From positions 4,714,001 to 4,778,000 of the forward strand of contig CM119372.1 in assembly GCA_051294905.1 (NCBI GenBank): a DNA stretch of 64,000 bases, given 5' to 3'. The DNA comes from Botryllus schlosseri (taxonomy: Eukaryota). The position numbers and the translations under genes are program-made. The notes below the pieces were generated by a model. It had not been told where the DNA came from, did no database searches, and worked only from the letters and a program-made list of their open reading frames with translations. Positions 42,301 through 53,975 of this stretch are shown piece after piece (the stretch's first letter is position 1; every line of letters begins with the position of its first letter).

Positions 42301-45300
42301 GGATATGCCGATACTTAAAATTCCATTTGCGGTGTCAATAGATAGCTAGAATCTAGTTGTATCAAGTTGATTTGTCATTTGAAATTAGTGTGTTTGGTCA
42401 CGAAGGCTACCGGCTCTCCATTACCTACTAGTGTTGCAAAAATGTGTCGATTTGTTTCAACAGCCTGACCGTCATGAGTCAAACTCAAGCGCCCGGAGAG
42501 AGGCCAAAAATCGTGGCCACCAGAGAACAGAGGTTGACGTGTTTTGCCGTCAACGCTGTGCTAGGTACCGTCCTCTTGTGTGCTTGATGTAAATGTCTGC
42601 GTGATATGCGTTTGCGTTGAAGGTTTGTCGATCCTGATGGGCCCGCTACTGAGGAACATTCCCATCGCCGTTCTTTTCGGCATCTTTCTGTACATGGGCG
42701 TGGGTTCCTTGAACGGCGTGCAGATGGTGGACAGGATCAAGCTGTTGTTCATGCCTACGAAACACTATCCCGATTATAATTACGTCAGAATCGTGAGTAG
42801 AGGTTTTTGTGATCGGCTGATGTTGTACTGGCGGTGCTTGGGTCAGGTTGGTGACATTAATACAAGTCCTGAACAATTTTTGGTACGTATTCCATGTTGT
42901 GGTAGAGCTTTTACATCTGACTTATCCAGGTTTTTGAATGTCTGTCCAGCCTGTATCTGACCACATCATGGGTGGGAGTCGGTTGGGTTTGACTTAGGCC
43001 AGAGTGAGGCACTCGATGATATAAATTTAAAATGTACATAGAGTATCAATCTCGGGGTTTGGCTTCATGTACTGTACACGCAGTGGTGACCAAAGTTGTC
43101 AGCGTTGCTCCTTAAGTAGAAGAAATGTCACGAATTTCTACTAGGGTATAAGCAGGGGTAGAGATTATCAAGTAGACCTATGTAAAAAAAGTACCAAAGT
43201 CCCTAGAAACCTGAAACCGTTGTCATTAATTTCTACACTATTACAAGCCACGAGCCAAATTTGATATGCATCGTTTTTTAAGTCAAACTAACAATACTAT
43301 GGGGTAGGCTTCTAGCTAACAATTACGGTGATACGATTGTTGATATGCAACGTTCTTTCCAATTCTCTACCAGTTGCTGACGATTACCCCTGACGAGTGT
43401 CAGCCGAAAATATTCGGGTCCATTTCAATATGAATATAATATTCAATATTATGGGCGGCAGTAAAATTTGAACAGCCCTAGCGTGCACACTATACAGTCC
43501 TCTTCCGTAACTGCCTAACGTTACACGTGTCTGATTTTCGGTTTAAAGGTGAGACCAATCAAGATGCACGTCTTCACCATCGTCGAACTGCTCTGTCTGG
43601 CCGTGCTGTGGGTGGTCAAATCCACGGCCGCCTCAATCGCCTTCCCGTTCTTCCTGCTCATGACGGTGCCTGTGAGAACACTGCTGTTGCCCAGGTTTTT
43701 CTCCAAGAAAGAACTGTCGGAGGTAATTATTCGTGCAAGCCGTGCGTTAGGCTTGCGTGTGTGTTGTAGACTGTCGTCGTTGTGAATGGCGTGTTGATGA
43801 GCAAGGGATATTGCCGAGGGACAGACGGCGGTATCCGCGTCGGCGTTGGAGCCATCGACTGTACATGACTCGCCGTTTGCTTTTGTTTTTGTACGTTTTT
43901 TTGTATTTTGACGTTTTTTGGGGCTGCGGAAAGGTCGTTTTGTAACCTATGTCGGGCGTGGCGTGTCGTATGCTCTTATCGTGAGGATAGTCGTGCAAAT
44001 ATGACTTGGTATCTTGAGTGAGTTTTGGATACCGTGATTAAGGTTGGGTGCAATGATATTTTCGAGTGCAAAAAAAGCGCGCCCCTAAAAATTCAATCAA
44101 CAAGAATTATAGTTTTGATACTATCTTACACCGTGGTCGTATCACAGCAACCGAGACCTGTCGCAAAGCTACACACGTTAGCGGAAATGACATTTCTGTT
44201 GAGCTATCAAGCCATAGCATTGTCGCAAAGTGCGATGAAATAGGCGTGGTTGAAAAATGACCGAACAATCTTTCTGGCGGCGGGGAACTGTCTTTTTTTT
44301 TTGAGATCGCGTAAAAGGTACACATCTCAACTTTCCACGTTACAATAATAATTTTCTTTGTGGTTGCATAAAATGTAGCAGTAAAGATGATGCAAAGTAT
44401 TTTTTACCTACGACTGTGCAGAAATGTCGCTTCTAGTAACGCGAGTAGCTTTACGTTACATGTTTTATGTGCTGTAACACGAACTTCAAGTTTCAAGGCT
44501 TTTGCAGTGGAAGAAAGTATTCGAACCATAAGTCTCGCCGATAGTATGATTGAGTAATGTATTCATATTGAAATAAATTGTCAGCAACTAGTAGACAATT
44601 GAGAGGAACATTGCATGTCAATAACCGAATCACCAAAAAAATACAGTTGCTGATGTACAGTGTTCTTAATTCGCTGCCAGTTGCCAAACATATTGGGGCT
44701 TATTTCAGTAGGAATATATTCAATCGTATGCCTAAGTTCTTCGTCTCCAAGAGTCTCTACAGATAATAGAATTCTTATGGCAGGAGTCATGTAATGTGGT
44801 TTCATTACAATTAATTCTCGATTTGGGTCAGAGTCTTGTAGTCTGTGTGCCCAACCCTAATTGTGGATATCCCGAGAGGTTTTTTGCGTGTCCCGATTTC
44901 CTAGAATGCTGCGGCATGCCATATTTCTGACATCTTTTTTATCCGAGGTATTCGGTGGCCTGTGTTTGCTATGATTCCGAAACCAGCACGGTTTGTTTTG
45001 AGTCCCTTTCTCTGCCGTCTCTATGAAATACGTCTCGACGAGAATCGCATGCCGAAAGGTTTATGAAATATTCATAAAATTTCGTTCTCATTTTCTACGT
45101 TGCTGGAATCTAGGAACAGCTTTGACTGGCTGTCGTTCCGTTAGCTTCTATGGTGTCGCTCCACTATAAATGCTGTCCTTACTCGATGTATCATAGAGTT
45201 ATGATACGCTGAATCATGAATGGCTAGTTTCAGCATTGGTGGCATGGGATAACAATTTGTTCGAGACATGTTGAGGGTAAGAGGGTAATGACTAACGAGC

Positions 45301-45676
45301 ACTATTTTTTCAGTTATCTGTAATTATTTTAACACTTGGTGGTTATTGAGGTGTAATTCCCAACTTAACCAGCATGCGTGTTGAACATGATGAAATTCAT
45401 TTCCCGATGGTATAAGATGATAGCCAAATTAGTTTGAATGCTACTAGCAGTATCCAATCTGTAAAATGTAAAGTAGCGCAATGGAACTGGTTTTAGTTCA
45501 TCCCTTAAAAGCTGTCGTGTGTCTCGGAAATGCAGTAGCATTCATGAATAATTTAGTTTTTTCGTTGCAACGTGACCAGCGAAGTATTCTTCCTTCCACT
45601 TTTACAGCTAGACAATGACGGCTCGAGTACGGTTGACAGCGATGATTTTGAAGAAGACCTTAACTCACCCGATTGA
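15366..45676 (+). CDS. SLC4A2: SLC4 family Cl-/HCO3- anion exchanger, AE2/AE3 (band 3-related) type; 5' end unresolved
   Basis: 30 phase-consistent GT-AG exons totalling 3900 nt: 15366-15474, 16629-16742, 16813-16924, 18935-19067, 21620-21757, 22261-22359, 24260-24331, 24388-24451, 25568-25643, 28079-28199, 28825-28897, 28955-29070, 30181-30343, 30724-30859, 33084-33264, 33521-33629, 35028-35212, 36390-36588, 37354-37548, 38105-38253, 38868-39062, 39744-39864, 40309-40396, 40461-40575, 41422-41591, 41746-41898, 42464-42564, 42623-42792, 43549-43722, 45608-45676. Motifs include [73 protein letters not shown] and TIRSVTH. The N-terminal KPLSAHLP and [14 protein letters not shown] resemble AE2/AE3. 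The symbol marks the closest vertebrate type; it is probably a co-ortholog of SLC4A1-3. Confidence 0.93.
25730..26270. repeat. AT-rich ~39-41 bp minisatellite of a dispersed element family
   Basis: About a dozen units like GTAGCTATAATTCTAATTCTAATCTAATTTGGAAAAA. The same motif occurs at ~3310-3600, 4800-5000, 10030-10440, 16010-16500 (reverse), 17050-17345, 39230-39460 and 58240-58360. Confidence 0.8.
27715..27853. mobile_element. Short hAT-type MITE
   Basis: TIR CAACGTTCCCTCTAA / TTAGAGGGAACATTG, flanked by GTCCTGAA and GTCCCGAA (7/8 duplication). Confidence 0.8.
28247..28749. mobile_element. TAGGGGTGTTC-family palindromic MITE, partial
   Basis: Near-identical to 29471-30133 and ends TCATTTTCGAACACCCCTA. 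Confidence 0.8.
29471..30133. mobile_element. TAGGGGTGTTC-family palindromic MITE, full length (hAT-type)
   Basis: TIR TAGGGGTGTTCAAAAATGA / TCATTTTTGAACACCCCTA, long inverted arms, flanks ATGTATAT / ATGTGTAA (6/8). Further copies or fragments at ~60-560, 20370-20700, 24575-24890, 34560-34745 and 35467-35945. Confidence 0.85.
30920..31443. mobile_element. hAT (Charlie-like) MITE, degenerate
   Basis: Ends CTGGGGTTCCTAACC and GGCTGGGAACCCCTG; target duplication is weak (5/8). Confidence 0.5.
35467..35945. mobile_element. TAGGGGTGTTC-family MITE, partial
   Basis: Starts TAGGGGTCTTCAAAAATGA and is colinear with 29471-30133. Confidence 0.75.
41053..41390. mobile_element. GACTCGAGTC-rich MITE (CAGGGTTGTAA TIR family)
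   Basis: TIR CAGGGTTGTAA / TTACAACCCTG with many internal GACTCGAGTC palindromes. Other copies at ~575-722, 4010-4546, 5920-6140, 30441-30690, 36750-37184, 37620-37925 and 55630-55707. Confidence 0.8.
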
Positions 45677-46370
45677 TACGCCCCGTTGTTTGTAAACTTA
45701 ACGCTACTCGACGTAACGCTGTGCATGGATCTAACTTCCTGTGCATCGCGAAGCTATGCTGATCGCAGGCAGACTGATTCCATTAAACTGGCACTGTTGC
45801 CTGTTTTTCTTTAACAAAACTTGGTTCTCAAGACTCCTCATTCTTCATTTGTTCGAATGTACATTACTATGTGCACGACCGCTTTTACCTTGTAGAGGAT
45901 GCCCTTGTTTAAAGTCCCATTGCCTGCATTTACTCTTACTTGAAAATTTATTTGAATCCCCGATGTGTTGCATGTCTCGCGCAGCTAACTTCAAACGCTT
46001 TGTATACTGAAGCTTATTATTTTCTAGTTCATCACTTTCATTCACTGTTTATTTTTTGTTACACGCAGCTTGATGGATAGTGTGAGTTCCCTGACTTGTT
46101 CATGTCGCTCTCCAAGAGTCTACCACAAGTTCAAATTGGAAGTGACGAATGTCCGCTATAAAAAGTGGTATAACATTGTCTTGTGGCATGGGTGTGGTAG
46201 TGTGAAAATCAAGTAACGGTAATTGTTGTAGCGTGACAATCACTTACAGTGGGAGCTTGGTATTTCGAATGCAAGTTGGATTTATCTTACAAATTTGTCT
46301 CAATTGTTATTGACTACTGGTAGTAATTTACATTGTGAAGCGTTTTTGTCATCTGTTTAATGCTTATTTC

Positions 46371-46540
46371 AATAAATATTGGCGTTCTACATAGACGAAT
46401 GTCATTCTTTTCGTCGGTAGCTCATTTTGCAGTAATTTGCAACCATACTAATTTCACGAAATCCGCAATTTTCACACAGTTTACTCAATTCATTGAAATC
46501 ACGTAAAGACATGTCATCACAAGTGAATGCTATCAATAAA
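46371..46540 (+). terminator. Candidate SLC4 polyadenylation signals
   Basis: AATAAA at 46371 and 46535 after the stop at 45676. Confidence 0.4.
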
Positions 46541-46774
46541 AAGTATGAATATATTGTTGATTGCGTTTGAACTATTGATTAGAATTGAAATTACTAGAAT
46601 ATTATAAAGCTGATGTTCTTGAAGCGTCTTATTCATGCTGGAAGTGCTGCAATAATCATTCAAAGCTTAGTTAGCAAGACGAGCAATACAAGTTATACAG
46701 GGACGTGCAAAAAAGTCTGACAGTCAGCAGATCAGGAAGTATAAAATTGTGCATGTTAGCGCCCCACAACAATA

Positions 46775-47866
46775 CTACTCCGCAAAACGACCAGGATCAA
46801 ATTCCGATATGTCTATTGTGGCTTTGCCACTAACTATCAAATCTGCAAGGATTTTACCAGTCATTGGCGCATTCAAAATGCCCCAACATGAATGTCCCGC
46901 TGCCACAAATACCCCATCACAATCGGACACTCTTCCGATGATTGGCATACCATCCTCGGTCAGCGGAAGATAACATGCTTGCTCTACATTGACGGTGCCA
47001 CTTTTCAGAGAAGTAGACATTTCTGAGCAAAGATCTTTCAATGCTTTGCAGCATCCTTCACTGGGGTTTACCATTCCTGGTGGTTCTAGGTTTTCAGATC
47101 TCAAGGGATCTTGCACGATTCCACAAACAAACGCCTCTCCGTCAGGTCTTGGGTAGATATCTGCAGAGGATTCCCCGTATGAAATAAACACTGCGTCTGG
47201 AGTTAATGGCGTCTTTGGTTTCACTGTAATAGAGTGTGCTTTCTGACCATAGATTGATCGGGGTAGAGATGGAAACCACTGTCTTGCTATGCCTGTCCAG
47301 GGGCCCATCGCTAAAACTACGTTTTTTGTGCTAAGTTCTTTTCCTCCATTTATTGTTATTGTCTTCAATTTGCTCTTCGGGGTGTATTTTATATTAACGA
47401 CCTCAGTTTGAGTCATAAATTCGACTCCCATCTCCAAGCATACTTGTTGAAGTTTTCTGCAGAATTGGTAAGGGTGCAGCTGCGCGTTTGTGGTCACATC
47501 GCCGATTTTCGACGGGCGTTGTATGGTACTTCCGTCGAGCCAAGCGGGGAGTTTAGCGTGACAAGACTTGCTGTATGACGAACTTTTTTGCAAGGACACG
47601 GAATGGGTTGTTAGTCGGCGAAACCCATATTGATTTTCTCCGTCCAGCTCCTTCGCTAGGGCACAGTGCAGGTCGTAGCTTAGGATTGCGAGTTCGTTGA
47701 TCGACGTGCCCGAATTCCAATCTCGAGCTAAAAATCCGCCAGCTCTGCCTGAAGCGGCATTAGCTAGTTCGTTTTTTTCAAGGACGGTTGACCTAATGCC
47801 AGCTTTCGCAAGGTAATATGCCGTACAAGTCCCGATAATTCCACCGCCACAGATTATGACTTCCAT
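46775..47866 (-). CDS. Intronless FAD-dependent oxidoreductase, DAO family, TDA3/C1F5.03c-like (363 aa)
   Basis: Single ORF from the first in-frame ATG at 47866 to TAG at 46775. Rossmann motif VIICGGGIIG, plus ASGRAGGFLARDW, AQLHPYQF, VVLAMGPWTG, YPRPDGEAFVCG, QACYLPLTEDGMPIIG and AAGHSCWGILNAPMTG. Confidence 0.88.
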   Translation of the reverse strand: MEVIICGGGIIGTCTAYYLAKAGIRSTVLEKNELANAASGRAGGFLARDWNSGTSINELAILSYDLHCALAKELDGENQYGFRRLTTHSVSLQKSSSYSKSCHAKLPAWLDGSTIQRPSKIGDVTTNAQLHPYQFCRKLQQVCLEMGVEFMTQTEVVNIKYTPKSKLKTITINGGKELSTKNVVLAMGPWTGIARQWFPSLPRSIYGQKAHSITVKPKTPLTPDAVFISYGESSADIYPRPDGEAFVCGIVQDPLRSENLEPPGMVNPSEGCCKALKDLCSEMSTSLKSGTVNVEQACYLPLTEDGMPIIGRVSDCDGVFVAAGHSCWGILNAPMTGKILADLIVSGKATIDISEFDPGRFAE

Positions 47867-49099
47867 ATCGCTTGGTTTGCGTTCAGCTACTTGAAGCAAC
47901 CATATCCTGTCATACCAGCCGCGACGCTATAATATTTGATGTCACCGCAGCCAGCATCTGTTCTGTATTTGCAAAATGTCCATTATCGTATTTGATTTAG
48001 CGGGAAGCACCCAGATGTCAGTGCCGGGGAGAATATATTTGTTATACAAAGTATCGATGTATCACGCGTGTAGTCAATGATAGCCAATAGTTTCTGGTAA
48101 AAAATGCTTTCAATAAAAATCTGTGACTTGACTTAGCCATTAGGACATGGCCTTCATAGAGCCATCCGTTTTTTTTTTAAAGGTCAACTGCATCTCAAAA
48201 ATGACTTTGCCTTATTTCGTACATTATGTGGTTAGAAATATGAATAAAATAATGAAAATTGAAAATACCTTATAGTTTTCAAGTAATTTAAATTATAAAT
48301 CGAAAAGTCAAAAAACGGAAACGAAACCATTCAGCCATGAAATGACGTCATGTAACTGACACAGCAGAAGTCTTGATACCTGGTTTACCACTGTGATTCT
48401 GCCAGAAAATGCTTACGTCATAATTCCGAAATCGCTGAGTCATTGTTGTCGGAATGATTCACTTGAGCTAAGATCAAATATTATAACTGGAAAAACAATT
48501 TCGCGACAAACTTGGAGTGCAAACGAACTGAAACACACGAGTTTTATCAATAAATGACGCAAACGGTATCATCAATACAATATGTCATCGAAACTTGGAA
48601 GGAGTGCTTCATTTTACAACCGCCAGGTAGTACTTATGGCATCTAAATTTTCAGCCGTTACGTAATCTACGCAGGCGGACCTACTACGATTCTCGCCTGT
48701 AGCCGAAGCATCAGAGGTTAATTTGTGTTCCTTCCCCCATGTTTGACTGTTTCTTACGGCGTCAAGACGCCCGAAGAAAGACTCCACAAAAGATTATATG
48801 TGATATCGAGCAGAAAAAAAAAACAAATAATAACGTTTAACGAAGACAGCCTATCCCACACTGTTACATCGGCCAATTGGCTTTAGTCGTTGTTTGATTA
48901 AAATACCATAATAGGTAAATGCAACACCTTCTTGCCGGTTACCTACATCGCATTACACACTATGTGTCTTGAGCACATCAGAATATAAATGATTACGATT
49001 ATTGCGATTAACGTCATGTTCGTGTTTGGTATAGGTCGACTGTAATGCCGCAATTTATGAGTTATTCAATAAACAATAAAAACAAAAAAATGCAATAGC

Positions 49100-51952
49100 G
49101 TTGCTTCTGCTTCGGACATTTTATATATTCGCAAAACTATTTCATCGTATGGTTTTACGTAGCCTACTTTTTGAAGATCAAAACGCACGATTTTATAGTT
49201 TCAATCGACAATTAGGACACCCGAATTGTAACGGCGTGCCCTCTGCTTCGGATGTGTTACATATTGGGATAAGTATTAAATCATGATGTTAATGACAATA
49301 TCAAAAAGTTGGGAAATTGCGTACTTTTTTATGATCAAAATGCATGATTTTGCGTTAAATGCGACTTTTCGTCCAATTCGATTTTTGGGCAGTTTCAATC
49401 GACAATTAGAACGCCCAAAATGTAACGGCGTGCCCTCTGTTTCGGATATGTTATATATTTCGATAAGTATTACATCATGATATTAACGATAATATCAAAA
49501 AGTTGAGAAATTGTGTACTTTTTCAAGATCAAAATGCACGATTTTGCGTCAAATACGACTTTTCGTCCAATTCGATTTTCGGTCTATTTCAATCAACTAT
49601 CAGGACACCCTAAATGTAACGGCGTGCCCTCTGCTTCGGATATGGTATATATTTCGATAAGTATTAAATCATGGTATTAACGATAATATCAAAAAGTTGA
49701 GAAATTGTGTACTTTTTCAAGATCAAAATGCACGATTTTGCGTCAAATACGACTTTTCGTCCAATTCGATTTTCGGTCTATTTCAATCAACTATCAGGAC
49801 ACCCTAAATGTAACGGCGTGCCCTCTGCTTCGGATATGGTATATATTTCGATAAGTATTACATCATGGTATTAACGATAATATCAAAAAGTTGAGAAATT
49901 GCGTAATTTTTCAAGATCAAAATGCACGATTTTGCGTCAATTACTACTTTTCGTACAATTCGATTTTCGGTCTATTTCAATCAACGATTAGGACACCCTA
50001 AATGTAACGGCGTGCCCTCTGCTTCGGATATCGTATATATTTCGATAAGTATTACATCATAGTATTAACGATAATATCAAAAAGTTGGGAAATTGTGTAC
50101 TTTTTGAGGATCAAAATGCACAATTTTGCGTCAAATACGACTTTTCGTCCAATTCGATTTTTGGGCAGTTTCAATCGACAATTAGAACGCCCAAAATGTA
50201 ACAGCGTGCCCTCTGCTTCGGATATGGTATATATTTCGATAAGTATTACATCATGATATTAACGATAATATCAAAAAGTTGAGAAATTGCGTACTTTTTC
50301 AAGATCAAAATGCACGATTTTTCGTCAAATACGACTTTTCGTCCAATTCGATTTTCGGTCTATTTCAATCAACGATTAGGACACCCTAAATGTAACGGCG
50401 TGCCCTCTGCTTCGGATATGTTATATATTTCGATAAGTATTACATCATGATATTAACGATAATATCAAAAAGTTGAGAAATTGTGTACTTTTTCAAGATC
50501 AAAATGCACGATTTTGCGTCAAATACGACTTTTCGTCCAATTCGATTTTCGGTCTATTTCAATCAACTATCAGGACACCCTAAATGTAACGGCGTGCCCT
50601 CTGCTTCGGATATGGTATATATTTCGATAAGTATTAAATCATGGTATTAACGATAATATCAAAAAGTTGAGAAATTGTGTACTTTTTCAAGATCAAAATG
50701 CACGATTTTGCGTCAAATACGACTTTTCGTCCAATTCGATTTTCGGTCTATTTCAATCAACTATCAGGACACCCTAAATGTAACGGCGTGCCCTCTGCTT
50801 CGGATATGGTATATATTTCGATAAGTATTACATCATGGTATTAACGATAATATCAAAAAGTTGAGAAATTGCGTAATTTTTCAAGATCAAAATGCACGAT
50901 TTTGCGTCAATTACGACTTTTCGTACAATTCGATTTTCGGTCTATTTCAATCAACGATTAGGACACCCTAAATGTAACGGCGTGCCCTCTGCTTCGGATA
51001 TCGTATATATTTCGATAAGTATTACATCATAGTATTAACGATAATATCAAAAAGTTGAGAAATTGCGTACTTTTTCAAGATCAAAATGCACGATTTTGCG
51101 TCAAATACGACTTTTCGTCCAATTCGATTTTCGGTCTATTTCAATCAACGATTAGGACACCCTAAATGTAACGGCGTGCCCTCTGCTTCGGATATGGTAT
51201 ATATCTGGATAGGTATTACATCATGATATTAACGATAATATCAAAAAGTTGAGAAATTGCGTACTTTTTCAAGATCAAAATGCACGATTTTGCGTCAAAT
51301 ACGACTTTTCGTCCAATTCGATTTTCGGTCTATTTCAATCAACGATTAGGACACCCTAAATGTAACGGCGTGCCCTCTGCTTCGGATATGGTATATATCT
51401 GGATAGGTATTACATCATGATATTAACGATAATATCAAAGAGTTGAGAAATTGTGTACTTTTTCAAGATCAAAATGCACGATTTTGCGTCAATTACGACT
51501 TTTCGTCCAATTCGATTTTCGGTCTATTTCAATCAACGATTAGGACACCCTAAATGTAACGGCGTGCCGTCTGCTTCGGATATGGTATATATCTGGATAG
51601 GTATTACATCATGATTTTAACGATAATATCAAAAAGTTGAGAAATTGTGTAATTTTTCAAGATCAAAATGCACGATTTTGCGTCAATTACGACTTTTCGT
51701 ACAATTCGATTTTCGGTCTATTTCAATCAACGATTAGGACACCCTAAATGTAACGGCGTGCCCTCTGCTTCGGATATGGTATATATATTTCGATAAGTAT
51801 TACATCATAGTATTAACGATAATATCAAAAAGTTGAGAAATTGTGTACTTTTTGAGGATCAAAATGCACGATTTTGCGTCAAATACGACTTTTCGTCCAA
51901 TTCGATTTTCGGTCAGTTTCAATCGACAATTAGGACACTCAAAATGAAACGC
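49100..51952 (+). repeat. Tandem array of a 194-bp unit (~14.5 copies)
   Basis: Marker GGCGTGCC (one copy AGCGTGCC) recurs every 194 bp from 49233 to 51755 (14 copies). Confidence 0.95.
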
Positions 51953-52236
51953 AAAGCTTTGAGATATTAGACATTTTTGGTGTTGGTAATTGGTTGATCT
52001 TCAATATGTTCAGTCTTTGTTTGCTTGAGGTGTTCATGGTGTTTGTCAGCCACTATGGTCATTTACACAAGGCCATTTTTTCATATTTATTTCATATATA
52101 TTAACTGCCGATTTGTAGCACGGCTAGTATAGAATTTTTATAGAGCACCGCTTACACTGATGAGATGGCGAGGAGGGGCCTTCATAAACCTTCAACACTA
52201 AGGTAGGAATTCTTGAGTCAACCTCGGTAGCTAACG

Positions 52237-52516
52237 ACTATATTGGCTGTCACTTGAATTCACGATCAATGATTGGTATTTTGCGGCGTAGACACGAAGA
52301 TTATTAGGGGCCCTTGCGCCACAATTACGTTAGTTGATGAACCAGCTCGTGGTGTCATTTGAACTTGTGAACTATATGAAGAAGAAGCTGCAAAAATTAA
52401 CCAAGTGCGAGGTCGTTTCTTTTTCACGAAAATGTCCGATTAAGCAGCCAGATCTTGAGAGCTGCGGCGTTTGCGTTGTCGCGGATCGGGTTTGTTTCGG
52501 ACATTTTGCATTTTGA
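52237..52516 (+). pseudogene. Degraded Ulp1/C48-like cysteine protease fragment
   Basis: Reads IHDQ*LVFCGVDTK...ATITLVD (HW..VD..D-like, CAA TGA one change each from His-Trp), then after a frameshift CPIKQPDLESCGVCVV (Q-x5-C catalytic motif). Confidence 0.5.
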
Positions 52517-52836
52517 AGGAATGATATTTTTCGCAATGGCACTGAAAAATCAGGACTACAATTCAATATCAAAAGACTTTGGGTTTTCATTGGATTAATT
52601 GGACTGATATGAATGAATTCAAATAATTCGTTTTTTCTCTAAATACGTCCATCTCTAGAATCCTATATCTACATCGAGTATGCTTTACAAAATACACGTT
52701 TCGAAATTACATTTTCAATTTGCATATTAATCCGTCTGAAACTCATTGATTCGAGGGGAGCTGCTGACAAAACTTAGCGACGAAGAAAGCAGGACAGGAC
52801 ATAGCATGGTAAAACAGAAATTGACCAGGAATCGAA

Positions 52837-53975
52837 TTATCGTTAATATCATGATGTAATACTTATCGAAATATATAATATATCAGCAGCAGAGGGCACG
52901 CCGTTACATTTTGGGAGTCCTAATAGTTGATTGAAATAGACCGAAAATCGAATTGTACGAAAAGTCGTAATTGACGCAAAATCGTGCATTTTGATCTTGA
53001 AAAAGTACGCAATTTCTCAACTTTTTGATATTATCGTTAATATCATGATGTAATACTTATCGAAATATATAATATATCAGCAGCAGAGGGCACGCTGTTA
53101 CATTTTGGGAGTCCTAATAGTTGATTGAAATAGACCGAAAATCGAATTGGACGAAAAGTCGTAATTGACGCAAAATCGTGCATTTTGATCTTGAAAAAGT
53201 ACGCAATTTCTCAACTTTTTGATATTATCGTTAATATCTTGATGTAATACCTATCCAGATATATACCATATCCGAAGCAAAGGGCACGCCGTTACATTTA
53301 GGGTGTCCTAATCGTTGATTGAAATAGACCGAAAATCGAATTGGACGAAAAGTCGTATTTGACTCAAAATCGTGCATTTTGATCTTGAAAAAGTACACAA
53401 TTTCTCATATTTTTGATATTATCGTTAATATCATGATGTAATACCTATCCAGATATATACCATATCCGAAGCAGAGGGCACGCCGTTACATTTAGGGTGT
53501 CCTAATCGTTGATTGAAATAGACCGAAAATCGAATTGGACGAAAAGTCGTAATTGACGCAAAATCGTGCATTTTGATCTTAAAAAAGTACGCAATTTCTC
53601 AACTTTTTGATATTATCGTTAATATCTTGATGTAATACCTATCCAGATATATACCATATCCGAAGCAGAGGGCACGCCGTTACATTTTGGGTGTTTTAAT
53701 CGTTGATTGAAATAGACCGAAAATCGAATTGGACGAAAAGTCGTATTTGACGCAAAATTGTGCATTTTGATCCTCAAAAAGTACACAATTTCTCAACTTT
53801 TTTGATATTATCGATAATACCATAATGTAATACTATCCAGATATATAACATATTCAAAGCAGAGGGCACGCCGTTATATTTTAGGTGTCCTAATTGTCGA
53901 TCGAAACTGACCGAAAATCCAATTGGACGAAAAGTCGTAGTTGACGCAAAATCATGCGTTTTGATCTTAAAAAAG
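52837..53975 (-). repeat. Inverted tandem array of the same 194-bp unit (~6 copies)
   Basis: Marker GGGCACGC at 52894, 53088, 53282, 53476, 53670 and 53864. Confidence 0.95.

Noticed and set aside
42094..42318. 74-aa ORF in an SLC4 intron (and a similar one at 20137-20364)
   Set aside because: Non-ATG starts, no recognisable domain, and the flanking exons join in phase without them.
44895..45120. Possible structured intronic RNA (CGGCATGC/GCATGCCG and TTCCTAGA/TCTAGGAA pairs)
   Set aside because: Only 8-bp complementarities, with no clear snoRNA boxes or tRNA fold.
47867..47899. N-terminal extension of the oxidoreductase in the ORF track (374 aa)
   Set aside because: It starts at a TTG; the first in-frame ATG is 47866, directly before the Rossmann strand.
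49100..53975. CRISPR array
   Set aside because: The units are contiguous 194-bp monomers with no unique spacers, there are no cas genes, and the context is eukaryotic.
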